A DNA stretch of 64,000 bases from Ophelia neglecta (taxonomy: Eukaryota), in the NCBI GenBank assembly GCA_965285935.1, contig OZ260666.1, positions 45,694,001 to 45,758,000 on the forward strand, in the 5' to 3' direction. The position numbers and the translations under genes are program-made. Shown here piece after piece: positions 41,901 to 56,900 of this stretch; positions within the stretch are counted from its first letter, which is position 1; every line of letters begins with the position of its first letter. The notes under the pieces were generated by a model, which did not search any database, was not told the origin of the DNA, and was given only the letters and a program-made list of their open reading frames with translations.

Positions 41901-44900
41901 CTGTTCCTTGCATACTAGTACTGTGTGCGCCAGTTTGTGGCACGGCTTGCATAGGGTCAGAGAGCGTGCCGGTGGCTCCAATATCAACCGGGACGTGAAG
42001 TACCCAGTTCATCTCTGTCACACGAGGCGGCTCTTGGACGTCTACCTGGTGGGTAAACAGCGAATGTGGCTCCACCTGACGACGAGTCCGATTGTAACTG
42101 CTCGCGTCCGTGTTATTATTGCTTGAATATTTCTTCCGCAGTACATCCAATACGTATTGCATGTCCGTGCCATCGTAGTGTCCCAGGTCGTCCGAGTAGG
42201 TGTCCTTTAAGAAGTCCAGAGCGTGGCGTAGCACATTCGTGGTGTCTGTGTGTTGGCCTGTTGCATTGAAAAAGTAAAGAGTCAATTCCAAAGGACATTA
42301 TTTAATAAAGAATGCAAATCTAGTAAATTAAGCGATTATCCATACTTCAATTTCATCGCTATACTAAGCAATGGTCCATTTGGGCCAGTTGCCTGCAATC
42401 GCCTATTAAAGCTTTGACATTCTGAATCGCACCACTGGAAATTAATAGAAAAACTTTCGAGCAAAATTTACATTGGTTTCGCCATGACTTAGTCAGGGTG
42501 ACATAGCCTAAACATCAGGTCATTAAAGCCTGCTGCTATAGGATAATTGTTTGTTCTTTTGCAAACAAATTTTTTTTACAAATTGTCCCAAAGAATCTTC
42601 AGTTTTGAAATGAATCTATGTTTCCTTTCGAATATGTTCCTTAGAACAAGTTCTTTATCATACATTTTTTTTCGTATATATTGGTCAGTCCTGTGGATAT
42701 GAGAATTCGGGTTTCCATTGAGAGGCCAACGCATCCATTCATAGAGCATTGAACTACTAAACACACAAGTATGCCCTTTTCATGTACTTCTGTATAATAT
42801 AATACTCTTATTCATGCGAAATATGATGTTGCCTAAACTGGGAAATAATATCTCTGGTTCTGAGGCTGAACGTTCCTGAACATATCAGACCGAAAAGTCG
42901 TGATTAAAACTTTTGCCTTTCTACTGGGTATCAACTCCTGTTTCTCCCACTGCTCGTACATGGGCATACCTTGAATTAATTGGTGACGTATATAACATGC
43001 AAATAATGTTTAATAGGAGATCACATCTAAATAGCCCTCCCCCCCCCACCCTCACCCCCCCCCCCCCCACCCCCCGGTCGGCTCACTTTAAAGCAATGAC
43101 TGGACTGAAATGGGGCTCCTAGTAAAACATGTTGCCCGAGGAACTTGCTTTCAAGACAATTGTTTCACAATGCAAACATACCGGCCACACTACAAATGGT
43201 ATGCGCAATATTTAAGGATACCATGGAGACACATTTTCTGAACAGAAGTGTTTTATCTTAAAGAGTGATTATTTGCATTTACTATATATACGAAATGTGC
43301 ATAATTAAAATAAGTGGATATAAATATAAAAGTTTCTTATTCATTTCAAAAAATTTCATCTTCTAAAATGAGGGTTGTCATGCTTAGAATAGCTGCCAAT
43401 GTTTATATTGAAAGCTTAAGCTGTGAGTATGAGAAATGGGAAATCCCCCACTGTGGAGTGATATTTCCTTGTGAGTTCTTGGTGTGGGTAGTGCTGATAT
43501 GCACTTTGATTTCCAGTGGAACCAAGTCGACAAGCAATCAATGAGTTAAGTAAGACCGGCTGGCAGGGCGACAGGACGGCCCCTGAGTTCCTTCTCGCAG
43601 TATGTAATGTTATTAATCAAATTTGATAGAAACAGGAAAAGTTGTTTCTCCAAAGTTATACTACACACAGCATCGGTCATCTCCACGATCTGTAATTCGC
43701 ATTTCCCCCAACCTTGTCTAATCAGTTTATCTAGCCAAGGGAACATTCCTTTTGTAGATTCCTCTGAAAATGACCATTCGCGACTAAAGGGCGATGCTGT
43801 GCCTTATGTTGACAAAATATACCTTTTCGTATGTTCCGTGTGGTAAAATCTGGTCAGCCGCAGCTTTTACCAATGATAATTTCTATCTTTGTTATTTCTT
43901 TCGAGTGAGTGTTCAACAAAAATAATTAACATTCAGATTATCAGAACTTGAATGTAAGACCAATGACGTGGTTTAGATAAAATATAATTAGGCACATGAA
44001 TCCGCCATTGGACTTATTTCATCAGTCCAAGCTTACTTGCATTTACTTGATCATGTTCTGTTCTATATCTTCAAGCATTAAATCACGACTCGGAGGAGTA
44101 TATAACACTACTAAAAATCTAAATTTTACGGTTTAAAATAACGGTGTGGCATCACGAAATTCATAAGGCTTTGTCATTTAAAGCCAATATTATTCCTTGA
44201 CGTTTAATTTTGTTCTAGGAAACACAATTTCTTTTCAACCAGCTTGTGATTATCGGAAAAAAAATGCTATAATGAACAGTGCCTCTGGTAGTCGAGATCC
44301 GTAAACCTTTGACAGGAGTTGTCGTTTGCCAGTCAGTTCAATTTAATGCCTTGTCAAATTACAGTTGTGAGACTTGGCTAGGCTTGAGGAATGGGTATCG
44401 ATTGTTTAAATAAATAGAACACAGAACATTACTTAAAACACGTGGTGCAATTTTCAACTATACATAATATGATATTTCTCTCCACATTCTACCTTAGATT
44501 TCTAACCTCTGAACCAGTCATATAAGCCAACTTACGTTGGCTCTATTTTTTGTTATATTTTTTCTCATTGCTTTGGGGCATTCCCCTAGTATTAAAAGGA
44601 ACAAAAACATGTGCCGACATATGCAGTTAGTATTTTAGCTGTCCACTGATGGTAATCTCTTTTGTTGGGTGTTTCTTCTGAAGCACGCAGGAAAAGCGTT
44701 TAAAAACACAGCAAGGAATACAGAAAATTTGAAAGCACTGAAGGATGATGGTAATTAATAAACTATCATCATCCTATGAAAACAGGTACAGCTTGACCGT
44801 AAAATTTCGGTTGATGGAATGTTCATGTAGCTGTAGGCCTAATTGTGAAAAGATTTACAAGACCACTTGGGGTATGTTCATTCTGAGTTCCATACGTTCT

Positions 44901-47900
44901 ATTATGGTCAATATAGAGAGCATCCCAGGAGGCATTGAGTTAAACTTGCTACAATGGTTCACATAATATTACATATATTTTAGCGCATATTAATAACAAT
45001 AAGGGTATTGGCATTCATAAAAAGAACGAGGCATTCAAATTATAAAGCATTGATTTCTGTTAGCAGTGCACGACGTCATTCGTTTAATAGTCTAAATGAT
45101 GAGGCATGTTCGCTGGTTCTTTAACTTCACAAATAATGTGGAACAAGTGTAGTATTTTAGCTCATTGTCAAGAAATTCATTACAATAAGGAATCACGGAA
45201 AATGTCTTCATAAAATGCTTGTTTCATTTAGATTATGATGGGTAAACTATGTAATTTTAGTTCCTAGCCGGATGCTCAGTAAGCAAGCTATAGCCTTTGG
45301 GTTATCATAAGGAAGCACAGACGAAGAACAACCTTAGTGAAATGATTCGATTTCAACAATTCTAAACTTTTCGTTGCTGCATAATTCAGATACTTGTTAT
45401 TCAAGCTATTGGTAATTTCATCTACCGGTTATAGCCAGTAACACGTGGCAGACCGTCGGTGTGACTGGAGTACTGACCGCTTCAAAGGGAGACGGTCGGC
45501 CGGAAGGGTCAGCTGAACGCTAGGTATTCCCGGATTCGGTATGTCGAAACCCTGAAAAAACGCAGGCAAGCCTCTAAACTCGGTCAGCCGATTCTGGCGT
45601 TCTGCTCAGTAATAGCTCAGAGAGGTCCCAAAGTGAAGAGCAGAGATAGACAGGTAATCTGCTTCCTAGTTGAGTACAGATGAAGTATGAGGGCAGGCTA
45701 TTGACCTCACAGCAGTGGAGCGGTGCAATCGACAGGTAAACCTGCTCCCAACTCAAATGAAGGCAGATTAAGGACGAACCATTTGATTCCGGGGGGGAGG
45801 GGGGGGGGGGCAGGTTTAAGATATTTGAAAGGAAAATTTTGTCGGCCATATTCGAAGAGAAGAAACAGTTATGTTTGAAACAATACAACCTTATTGAACA
45901 CAGCCACGAGTTAGTAATTTACAAATATTCGACACGTAATGGTACAAAAAGTAATCATATTATCACTAAATGCAGAAGTTGTTTTATACAACAGCTATTA
46001 CTAGGCCTATGCGACAGCATAATAGCAGATTATTATTGTTTTAACGTTTATCCAAAACTATTTGGAAGCAGAAGGAATTTGATCTAACTTTTCTTGCATA
46101 GTAATCTCCCTAGCTGAGTTCAGATGAATATTCTTTGCTAGCATTATTTTTATCACCCTAGCAGGGGGTAAACTAAGTGATTTGTGGGGATACGAATTTT
46201 GTAGAATGGCACGGGTACTTTCCATATGAATCGTTAATATTCCACCAATCAATCTTAGTGTAACGCACGCCTTGAGGATTTTCGGAATTCAATTTTAGGC
46301 TTAAGGAGAGTCAAAATACGACTGATTACTCTCTTTGGGACTGCTCACGCGAAGACACTAATTTCCATTGTTTTAACACATACACAGTAAAGCACCGCAA
46401 TGGCTTTGAGTAATCTATTCTGCTCATCATGGTTCAAGGGGCCATGTGCATACCCTTCATATTAATATAGCATCATATGTTGCAGATGAACAAATTCATT
46501 CACAGCAAAAACGGTACTAGTTCACTCTACATAGTTACATAGTAACATTTTACTGCACTATTGAGGAGATTTAATTCCATTTTTTACTTTATTGCGTCAG
46601 GACCTTTAATATCGTTCTCTTGCCATGTGGTTATTGGGGTTCCTGTGTTCGTCGCTGCGCTCTCGGCGATTCGCTGAGCGTCACCAATAGAATACGCCTC
46701 CCCTGGCTCATGTCGCACTCAGCCTTCGGTGCATTCGACGCTTACAATAACTTGTTGTTGTAACCGACTATGTGCCTTCAGATTAAACAGAAAACTGCAA
46801 GTGTCACTTGTTAATTAGGGGCCCAAACACCTATAGTAGGCAAAAAACATGATATACACCTACTTCCGTGACACATACATAGAAACAATAAAACCGAACT
46901 CTTGGGGACACGTGACGGATTGTTACTGATGTAGTGTGCAAGGTGTTTATTACCACGGCAGAAAACTCTAGGGGGGGTAATAAGGTTGTATTCAATTCAT
47001 TAAATCCGTCTTACATATAATAGACAACAAAAAAACCATCCTCCGAGGGATATAAGATGAATCGCTCCTGAGGTTATAAACGTACTATCTATCATAATAC
47101 AAGTAAACTATGGGGGGCTAAGGTGGTATCAGGTTACATTAAAAAAGTGTTATTCAAAGCTGAACTTTATAACCAATCTGACATTGATTGACACATATTT
47201 CCCTGTAATTCCAAAAGCAATGCAATATCTGTCAAATGTAGACTACTAGCTATTTCAGGAATGTGGTTGTACGAGTGTTATTTATAGAAAACTGGTTAGT
47301 GGTATGATACATGTCGTAATGTGAAGACTAATAGAGTAAGATATCAAATTATCATTAGCCTCCGATCATTAGTATCCTAATAATGAAGTTTCCAGCTATC
47401 ATATAAAAACTTCCTTGCTACCAATAGAAACCTCTCATGGGGAGGGGGGAGGGGGTCTGTTAATATGAATACATGTTCTTCTGCTCTAATTCTAATGACA
47501 TAAATCTTCTGGCATATTTCAAACATCTTGTTTTCCTGTCCCTGACGGACAGCACTTTAAAAAAGAGTTAAGATGCATTTTCTGCCCTAGTTTGAAGTAA
47601 CTTTGGAGAAAAAAACTAGCCCCTATCACAGTATTTTTACTTGGAGTGTTTGTTTATCATTATGAACAGGAGAACTGTTATATATTTTATTTAGGGTATT
47701 TATCTCTTCACCAGGGCGGTCTACACGCAATGTATAAGTATCATGTGTACCTACAAACTGTGTTCTTTCAGGCTGCTCCAAAATCGAACTTAAAGATATC
47801 AATCTATGGCACATAATGTGGTTGGAGATCAGACGTAAGCTCACAGTTTGTTATCTAGAATCACTTTGTATTATCTATGCATCTTGGCACATTCTTAACA

Positions 47901-50900
47901 CTCCAGTTACCTGTGTTATTACACAAGCGCTCAAACAGGTACGAGTAAATTCCATTGAGGGTTGAAATAACCTACTTAAATACTTTCACAAGTATGTACC
48001 CTCTACTACCGATACCTTGACCTTACCGTTATGGAATACCCAAAACCGCGATCCCCTACTACAAGGCCAATTATAACCAATCAATTTATCAAAACTGACA
48101 GATGGCATATGTTTGAAAAGCGTCAAAAAAATCAAGGAATTCACATCAAAGCTGGTTGAAGGAGATCCTCTTTGAAAGGAATGGTAACTGAGTTGATAGG
48201 TCTGCATTCTGAGTAGTTATAAACATGTTTCGGTAAGAAGACGGATTGGCGCAGAAGGTCCAAGGAAGCTATCATAATTAAATGGGTACAATTGTACTAC
48301 TAAAGACCCACTACACTACAGCCTACTTGCCTCGGAGGCCTCGGCTTATTGTAATCAGGCCGTAGTTACCGAATAGTTTGTTTCAGCTCGGTAACAGCAA
48401 CTTAATATGGTCTCGGCTTATTGCAGTCAGGCCGTAGAATACCCTCTTGGTTGCTTCAGTGACGACAGCCTATGTTCACGGCTTATTGCATTGAGGCTGT
48501 ATAGTACGCCTACTGATTTGTTTTAGTAACGACAGCCCTTGGTCCCGGTTTATTGCAGTCAGGCTTTATAGTAAGCCCACTTTTTGTTCAAGTAACGACA
48601 GCCTATGGACTCCGCTAATTGTATTCAGGCCGTAGTACACCCACTTGGTTGTTTAGTAACGACAGCCCTTGGTCTGGGTTTATTGTAGTCAGGCCGTTGT
48701 ACACCCACTTGGTTGTTTCAGTAACCCACTTGCAATGGTTGTTTTTGTACTTTCAGCCTATGCATAATGGCAAATTCCCATATCTAATATAGTGAAACAG
48801 TCTGGCTATCATGTTACTTATCTCGTTTCACAAGCGCATTCAAGACAGGCATTCGGACATGCCTAAGGGGCCTCGACTCAAACCGATCGGCAAAAACGAA
48901 GGGGGTCTTCTGATTGTTCAACTCGCCACATAGAAAAGTGCTGGTTCCTCGATTAACCGGAAGCCCCATTATAAGTGAATGGGACTTCCAGTAGTAGTAG
49001 TAAAACTTTGCTATAAAATCATGTATTTTCTCTCAAATATTTGTTTTCTGGATATTGATAGTTGATTTTTCGGGCAGTTCATTCATCTGGCTATCGTATG
49101 ATGCCCTTCGTTACCCCAGCAAATTAGTAAGCTGGCCAGCCATTCAATTTGTGACTAAGGACCTAGGGGTATATTTTCAATGTGCTCGCCTGGATCATGA
49201 GTTTCAGACTCCTTTTGCAGGCAACATTTTATGTTGAATTTAATTTATTGTGTAATACTTCCATTATAAACCCTGATAAATGATTCAATGTGACTTAAAG
49301 TCAAACTTTACAGACCCTATCGCGATCACTCATAAGACGCTAAGCGATGGCAATACGACCGAAACATCTCAAGTGTGTTACGTACGCCGGGAGAGAGGTG
49401 GGCATTCCGCTCGGGTCAGAAAATGGATACCCCATTCCTGTGCTGAATGCCGGCGGCATGGCCGAGTGCTAACTTACACTGCAGTCCTGCTGTGCTTTGT
49501 TGGTGGCCACATCAGGTCGTTATTCTGCCCAACCGTTATTTTCACCACATGGCTTATCATCCGAAAATACAACGGCTCATGATTGAATTTATGTCTTTTT
49601 TTGACAGTTGTGCTCTAAGAGAGAAATCTGGCCCAATATTTCATAAAATTGATCCTGCAGTGCTTACATTAATCAGATAAATTATTGTAAGAACCAGGCG
49701 GAAGCCGTCCAAGAGTCTGTTCATGCCGGTTTGTTTATGATAAGCACATAGTATCTTGTTGCCGGATTCCTCCCCCGGGGGCCATCCTATGCCGTGAGCG
49801 TGTTATGAATACCACGCGACATTAGTGCCAAATCATGGGTATCCATTGGTTAACCGTGGTAAGGCAGAGGTCCTATCGAACTCCGATATTTCATAGAACT
49901 AGCGGTTCTGAAATGAAATTCGAATTTCTCGAGCACCCATTTTTACTAGGGTTAACTACATTTCGTTTGCGAACTTGGCGCTGCAAACTGTGCATTGTAG
50001 AATTGAAGAAGACCGAAACCTGCCGTCTCCATTGGGGTAAAAAGGCCTCGCCTCATTGTAAAACGCCAGGGTTTTGCTTGGAAGTATTTCACAGAGCATG
50101 TATTGATGACCGTACAGCGTCTTAGGCCTTAACATATTGCTTGTTTCCGGTTTCCCGACCGAGCCTAGAATTTACGCCCGAACCCTAATTTTTTTTCGGA
50201 GAAGTAGAACAGATTTTCTGCCAGAAATGCATCGGTAAATGCTGTCGACTGTCACACAGTTTTGCTGCTGCCTGCTCTGGTGTCAGCGGATACCAAGTAC
50301 ATCGACTACTTTCAGTGTCGATCGCCTCGTTTTGGTTACAACCAATTTAAAACCAATCGGTTACTGGATTCTAATTTTATCGCCAATTCGAGCATGCGCA
50401 CTAAGTATATGCATAAAGCCTCCTGCATAGCTCGGGATTCAATATTCTCCTGTAGAGACCGAGGCATCATGGCAGTTGTGATTTCGGGCTACCGCCGTGT
50501 GACAGGAGCGAAGCGGACCTAAACTTTCCAGTGTAGTGTAGGTTTTGTCTTATAGACAGTTAGTTTTTAATGTATACAGTTGTTGTTTTTTTATCAGTAT
50601 CTATATAGCATACACGGGGAGAGATATGCATTGGTTAGGAAATTTGTCATTCCTCTTAGCAATATGCCGAATATACGAGTAACTTTTATCGTCATGATAT
50701 ATCCTCCCGTACAAGTCAATAAAAAATCTGGCAAAAAAAATCCGACCTTCCGGCATATAGTTTTTGCAGTATATAAACGGAAACACGCCATACTTTATTT
50801 AGGGCTCACGGACATCGCGGCAGGTGAGTTTTATTGTGAATTTACGCACATATATTTGATCATTTGCTATTTAAGGTCGTAAAGCAGAATACTAGAATTG

Positions 50901-53900
50901 TAGAATTTGCGCGATGACCGTACAGTTTACCGTAAATTGCCGTACTGGTCTTTGGAGCTGAACGGTCATCGTGTCAATTTCTAAGACGCTGTGCGACGTA
51001 GAGAACTGTAATCGTTCAATTTTAACCGCCATTATCTACTGTTACGAAATATGAAAAATTTGATTTAAATGTGATAAGAACCTAATAAATGTGTGTAGGC
51101 CTAATTGTCTATTAAAATCTCCTGGCACCATTGTACGACGTCCGTAACTAGGTATAGGCTACTGTGTGGTAGATAAATAAACATACATATACAGTATTGC
51201 TTATTATATGTATGTGCCTGCACGTCCATGGAGAGGAGACCCTTTTTACTTTAGATAATTGGCTTTGGGCCAAATCACCACATATATGTGGTATATCATC
51301 CCGAGTACACTGCTGCTAGTCGTACATAACAAATCAGAGTACCAGTTTTTAAAGGATGGACGGCCGCGGCAGCTGTTAGGTGTTTCTACTAATTGCTGAA
51401 GCCAGGTGAAGGGGCCATCTGATATGGACGAACGATTAACGAATAATTGCATATCATATAGCGTCGCAATTGGAGAGTATTTTAAAGCTATGTGGGAGTA
51501 GGTTTATTTGACCTGGCAATCCTTCGAAAATTACATTCATCTTGGTGTGAGTGACCCTTATAATTGTGAATGAGCCTTAATGCCAATAATTATTATATCT
51601 GAATCACTGATGTTTCGGACTCCCATCTTGTGCTCAGAGACTTGGCTAATTCATAGGCGCAGGCGCTTTACATGGTTCCCTTCCATTTTCCAAGAAGTGT
51701 CACTGAATACTTGCACTAAAAGCTCGAACTTTTATTCATCTATACGCCTATCTGTTTTTACGGTCTGAACCTTTTTATAACTAAAGTTTGACTAGATCAA
51801 AAACTAAGCTGGTCCTAGATAGCATTTAAGTAGCCTTTACAATTCATTTACTTCATTTACCCATAAGATGAATGGGTCCATTTGTGTACAGACACAAATG
51901 ACTGTGGAGGCAGTCTTGACAGAGCCAGTCGTTTTTAACCCGTCCAATCTGGTCATGCTGGGGAAGCTTCAATGAGGTGTAAGAGCGTAAAGCTCGGGGC
52001 TCTGCTGTTTTATGAGAACGAAGACGAATGGGGGAAATGAATGAGTTGAAATACCAAAAAGCCACCAGCCTCACTGCCTTTATAGATATCCACAGTGTAA
52101 AAGATTCGATGAAATAAGATTACTTCTAAAAAAAGAAATCAAATGGGTGAAATAACCGAATTTTTCAGTGAGTAAGGAATATATAAATTAAGTTGAATGT
52201 AAATTTCCTATCCCCTGAATAGTAAGTATAGCACTGCCCTATCTGTTGAGATTAGACCCTTTTAAAATGCCCCTATCTGCGTGCTTGAAGTCGTTACATT
52301 AGTTTGGTAAATACCATGTGTGATAACTCAAACTGCTACCAGATCAATTATATGGCCCACCTGTCTGCAAAACTAATCGCCAAATAATGCGTATTGCATT
52401 AGGTAACTCTAGTCTAAGTTGATAGTTTAAGTTGATATTTGTTTCAAGCCCAGAGAGGAGCCCGGTCTCGTAATAAGCAAAAGGTCGCCATTTCGGATTG
52501 TGCTTAGTTCAATGTAGACTGATGGGAAATTTTACAATATTTCCGATATTTTCGAGTAAACTATTGAATAAAATCTATTCCGATTTTAGATAGAGCTTTA
52601 AACTGATCAGCTAGGATTTTACACCTAAGTTCCTGCCATTATTAAGAAAGCTTATTGAGCCAGACCTGTTGAAGTAGAACACAGTGACGTCACAGCCTTA
52701 AAACAGTGTAAATCACCTACATTTCTAGGGCATCGAATTTCACATAACTCCATTTGTGATTATGATATCGAAATTCCGATCTCGGTTGAATTTTGGTAAG
52801 TGTCAGTCTCAATGATGAATTGGATTTTGATCTTCATATTTGTAAAAACTGGCAGAGTTCCTGGGCAAAGTTGAAAGCGCATTAATCATCTGGGCCCGGT
52901 TCCAGCAAGCAGCCTTAACTCATAACTTGGTTAAGATAATGATTTGATAGTTCAATCGGCATTTACATGCTATATATATATAGCCGGAGTTTGGAAGCTG
53001 GATTTGGACTTAAACCTAAGCCATTTTGGTCTTCAACTAGAGACTTCTCTCTAGTTTTGGGCCACCTTGCAACTGAACTGCCTCTTATTTCACCTGCTAC
53101 ATTATAAAGTTCATGTTTTTAACCAGATGAGTTCCCGGTACAAATAAACAAAGTAAAGACTAATGTAGGGTTAGATGTTTTGTCCCTGGCCTCATACGAC
53201 GGTACAAATCCTCTGGCATATGGGCCTGCTTATTCACATCATTCCAGAGCTGTCTCAACTCCCTAGGGAGCATACGAGGTAGAGTAGTCTTAAAGCCAAA
53301 GAACTTTTATTCACTTCGTCCGTTAGGTACCCACTGGTCTTCTTGGTGGAGAGCGCCACAAAAAGTCTAGCGCTTTTGCCAAGGAAACCACGCAATAATA
53401 TCGCTTGAGAGGCGATCGCCGGAACCTTCTTCTGGGAGCCAAACCCGCTGACTACCACCAAACAGCCACCGAGCCAGTGTGGTCTATGATATTATACTAA
53501 ACTCCCATTTATCATTAAGAGAATACCAGCTTATATTCCGAGTAAAATTTGTAAAATTTGGGAGAAATCCAAGGCGTCAGGCCAATAGACGGTATCAGGG
53601 AAGTAATTCCCGAGGTTTGAGCCAGCAGCCATTAAATAAAGATGTGAAAACAATCATTATGCAATATGCATGCAAATCTTGTGGAAATGATGAAGCCACA
53701 ATAGAAAACGAAATATCCAGAACCAAAGAACTTCTCTCTCTGCATGCTTTGTCAATGATCGTTCATGCCTTCATAACATCAAAAAAGCATTATTTTTTTG
53801 TGAGGTGGACTGCCAGAAACTAGTTCTTGGACTGCAACGAGTTCAGAATGCGACATACATGATGGTTGCAGATTCAGCATAACTATAATTGTCACGTCAT

Positions 53901-56900
53901 CCATTTCCTTAAACGTTTAGATATTGGTTGTGGGTGAGATACCGGATTCAGTTCAAGTTTCTCTCTTTACCTTCAAGGCTTTGGATGGCATTGACCCGCC
54001 AATACTGGCTGACGTGATAAAACCTCGTAGTGCATTTAGGTACGTTGGGTCAAATAACAAAAACCTACCCACAGTTCCTAGGGTAAGAGCACAAATGTAC
54101 GGTGAAGCGCTTTTTCCATTTACACATCCGACCTTATGGAACAATTCACTAGACCATACCAACTCGACAGTGAGGGGCGCTGGCTACTGGTACCTGATGA
54201 TTTCGGACCAATCTAATGGACTGCTCTAGATTAATAACTAGGCTTTGACTGCCACGTATCCACCCCCTTTTTTGTCGAGTAGTAGTATTGATATTATTTA
54301 GGCTCAGGTAAATTAATTTTATTTTAAGGAGCATTCGAATGAAATACGCTTATAGGGTATGAATATGTTCCAATTTGCCACCTACGAGAACATTGTCGCT
54401 TTGAGAGCGCTCATAATCCATGAAGGTTCAACCAAGCTAGTAAACATCCTTGCTCGGATGCAAGGAAGATAGTTTTCAAAGCTAAATAGCTCAAAAAGTG
54501 GACCATCTTACACGCTTTGCACAAGCCCCCCCCCCCCCCACACACCCCCCCCCCCCACCCCCCTCCAATCCCCTGGCTAGGGGCCTTCCATAAAGACTTA
54601 CACATGTCTAACGCAAATCTAATTTACATCTAAAAGTAAATGGCATGGCATCCTAGATCTTTCTGTCAGTAAATGTATGCTTATTTCATGAAAAAAAAAA
54701 TTGTTTAGATTTTCAAATAATTAAGAATCATATCTCCTCGTTATTTTCCACAGGACGCAGTCTCACATAAACGTGCAGGTCACTGCAACATCTGTGACAT
54801 AAAGAACACCAGCATAGCGATGGTGGCATTCGCCCTGGAACTGAGCGACTTATGTAGGTGCCTTATAAAACAGAAAAACTGTTCGAGCAGAGCTCCGGCC
54901 TTGTCTTTAGGTTGATGTTATTTGAGATGAAATATAGCTTGTAATTATCGCCTATATTATATATGTACGCATGATTTGTTACTAAAAATTACCGGTAAAA
55001 TGAAAGTTGTTTATCTGGCAGGGTGAAATGAGCAAACATTATTTGATGGGCTATATGCATGTTGTGTTAGTTTATGTGGTTGCCTATCGTGTAACTCATG
55101 CTTTTATTTGAAAGTATTTCTTTCAGGTTTTGTAGTTAATATGTATGCGTGCTCTCATTGGTTACGCTCTCCGAAACAGACATGCAGAAATATCATTAAA
55201 GGTGATTGGAAACGCTGGGGGTCCTTTGGAAGAGAGGATATCCACAGGAATTTATAACATAGAGTCCAGGGATCGCACGGATGCATTTGGACAGTATTCA
55301 CGAGCACGTTACCTTTGAGGTCTTACGACATACATTAGAATTGTGTTACAGTTACAGTGGCATTTAAAAAGAAGATTTATTTAGCAACAGATGTAGGAAT
55401 TTTTTTTTTTTTTTTTTTTGACAGTTTGATCTTTCTTTATTAATCGAGATATTGTGTACAATGTGTTTAAACAATCTAATTGGCTCCTGAGGCTAACTTT
55501 AGCCTATATGGGCCTCTGCTACTATTAAAATTTTTATTGCTGCGCCATAAACGTATGCAACAGATCTATATAAGAAAAATTACAAAATAGGTGCATTGCT
55601 GTACACGGCACAGATGGATTGGAAAAATCAGTACCATAGTTATGTAGTACAATACAAGCGTGAATGATTTACAAACAGAGAAAAGATTTTACCATTTTTT
55701 TAAACGTATGAATAGAACAGTTATAATCTAAGAAATTTCTGGCATTGTTACCCTTTTCTTTCAATACGTTTGGGCTTAGTGAGCTTTTTACTTTGATTAG
55801 CGATGCGCACATTGACTTATCGTCCTCAAAAACCGATGGTTTTTCTTAAGACTTTAGTTGGGAACTTTTAGCACTTTCTCCAGGTAGCCCTTGAACACTA
55901 TTGTTATAGCCTATTGCTTGATTAATGATTCCAGTGTCTAAATAGAGTTTATTCCTAGTAAACACTGGAACACTGTCCCAGTGGTCTCTACAATGAGAGT
56001 CCCAATGTGCCCGCCTTGGTCATCTGATAGTCGGGATAAGTAGCTCCTATCTATTATGAGGTAACTAGTGCTATTTTTTATTCAGATGGAGTATAACCGA
56101 GGTTTTACAAATCTAAGCCCTAATATTAAAACACATCGAGTTACCTTTAGTAGTCCACGACGGACCGCCAGCGCCCTAAGGATAATAGTATACAATATAA
56201 AGAGTGTACTAGGTGGTATATAAAGGATGAGGTAGAGGTAACTCCTAAAGATATTACCGGTATTATTTTCAAGAGTCGCCGACACCGAGTGTATTATCTC
56301 ACTTAGTATTCGTTGACAAATGTCTTTGTTCATGATGATATTCTACCAGACACTGTCTGGTAATTCTCAGACAGTGCCTTGCATGATTGAATATCATCTG
56401 ACTAGAACCAATTTCTGTTGACAATACTGAAAACGGGCTTTATGTCACCTTTATTAAGGTCCGGCCATGGATTTAAAAAGGTCCATTGGTTGTATTCGAC
56501 ACACTCTTCATATTCCAGGGCTGGTACACAGAATAATCCTGTGGTTCCCAGTTGAAAAGTGATTCTTCAATAGTCAGTAAGAAAATGCTTCTCACTTAAA
56601 TCGAAAATGATCCATGCATCATAATTCGACTCTTGCACGCCTCTTGAGTAGGACCAATTTCCCCCCTTTTATATAACCTCTCCCCCCCTTGACTTTTCCC
56701 CTCTTTGATATAACCTCAATTTCCTCCTCTGATATAAACTCAATTGCCTCCTACTCCCCTCGTGTACCCCCCTCTTTATGGCTTACTGGCTTTGTTAGGG
56801 GCAAAAAAGGGTATCTTCTTTGCGAGTTACTCTATAAAATGGGGTATCTTTTTCATAATAATGCTATCATATGGGCCCCTGTTTCACAATTGCGTTATCA

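Noticed and set aside
54754-54915. Plus-strand exon-like segment after a strong acceptor (ttattttccacag) inside the Hv intron
   Set aside because: No partner exons or recognisable product; such motifs arise by chance.
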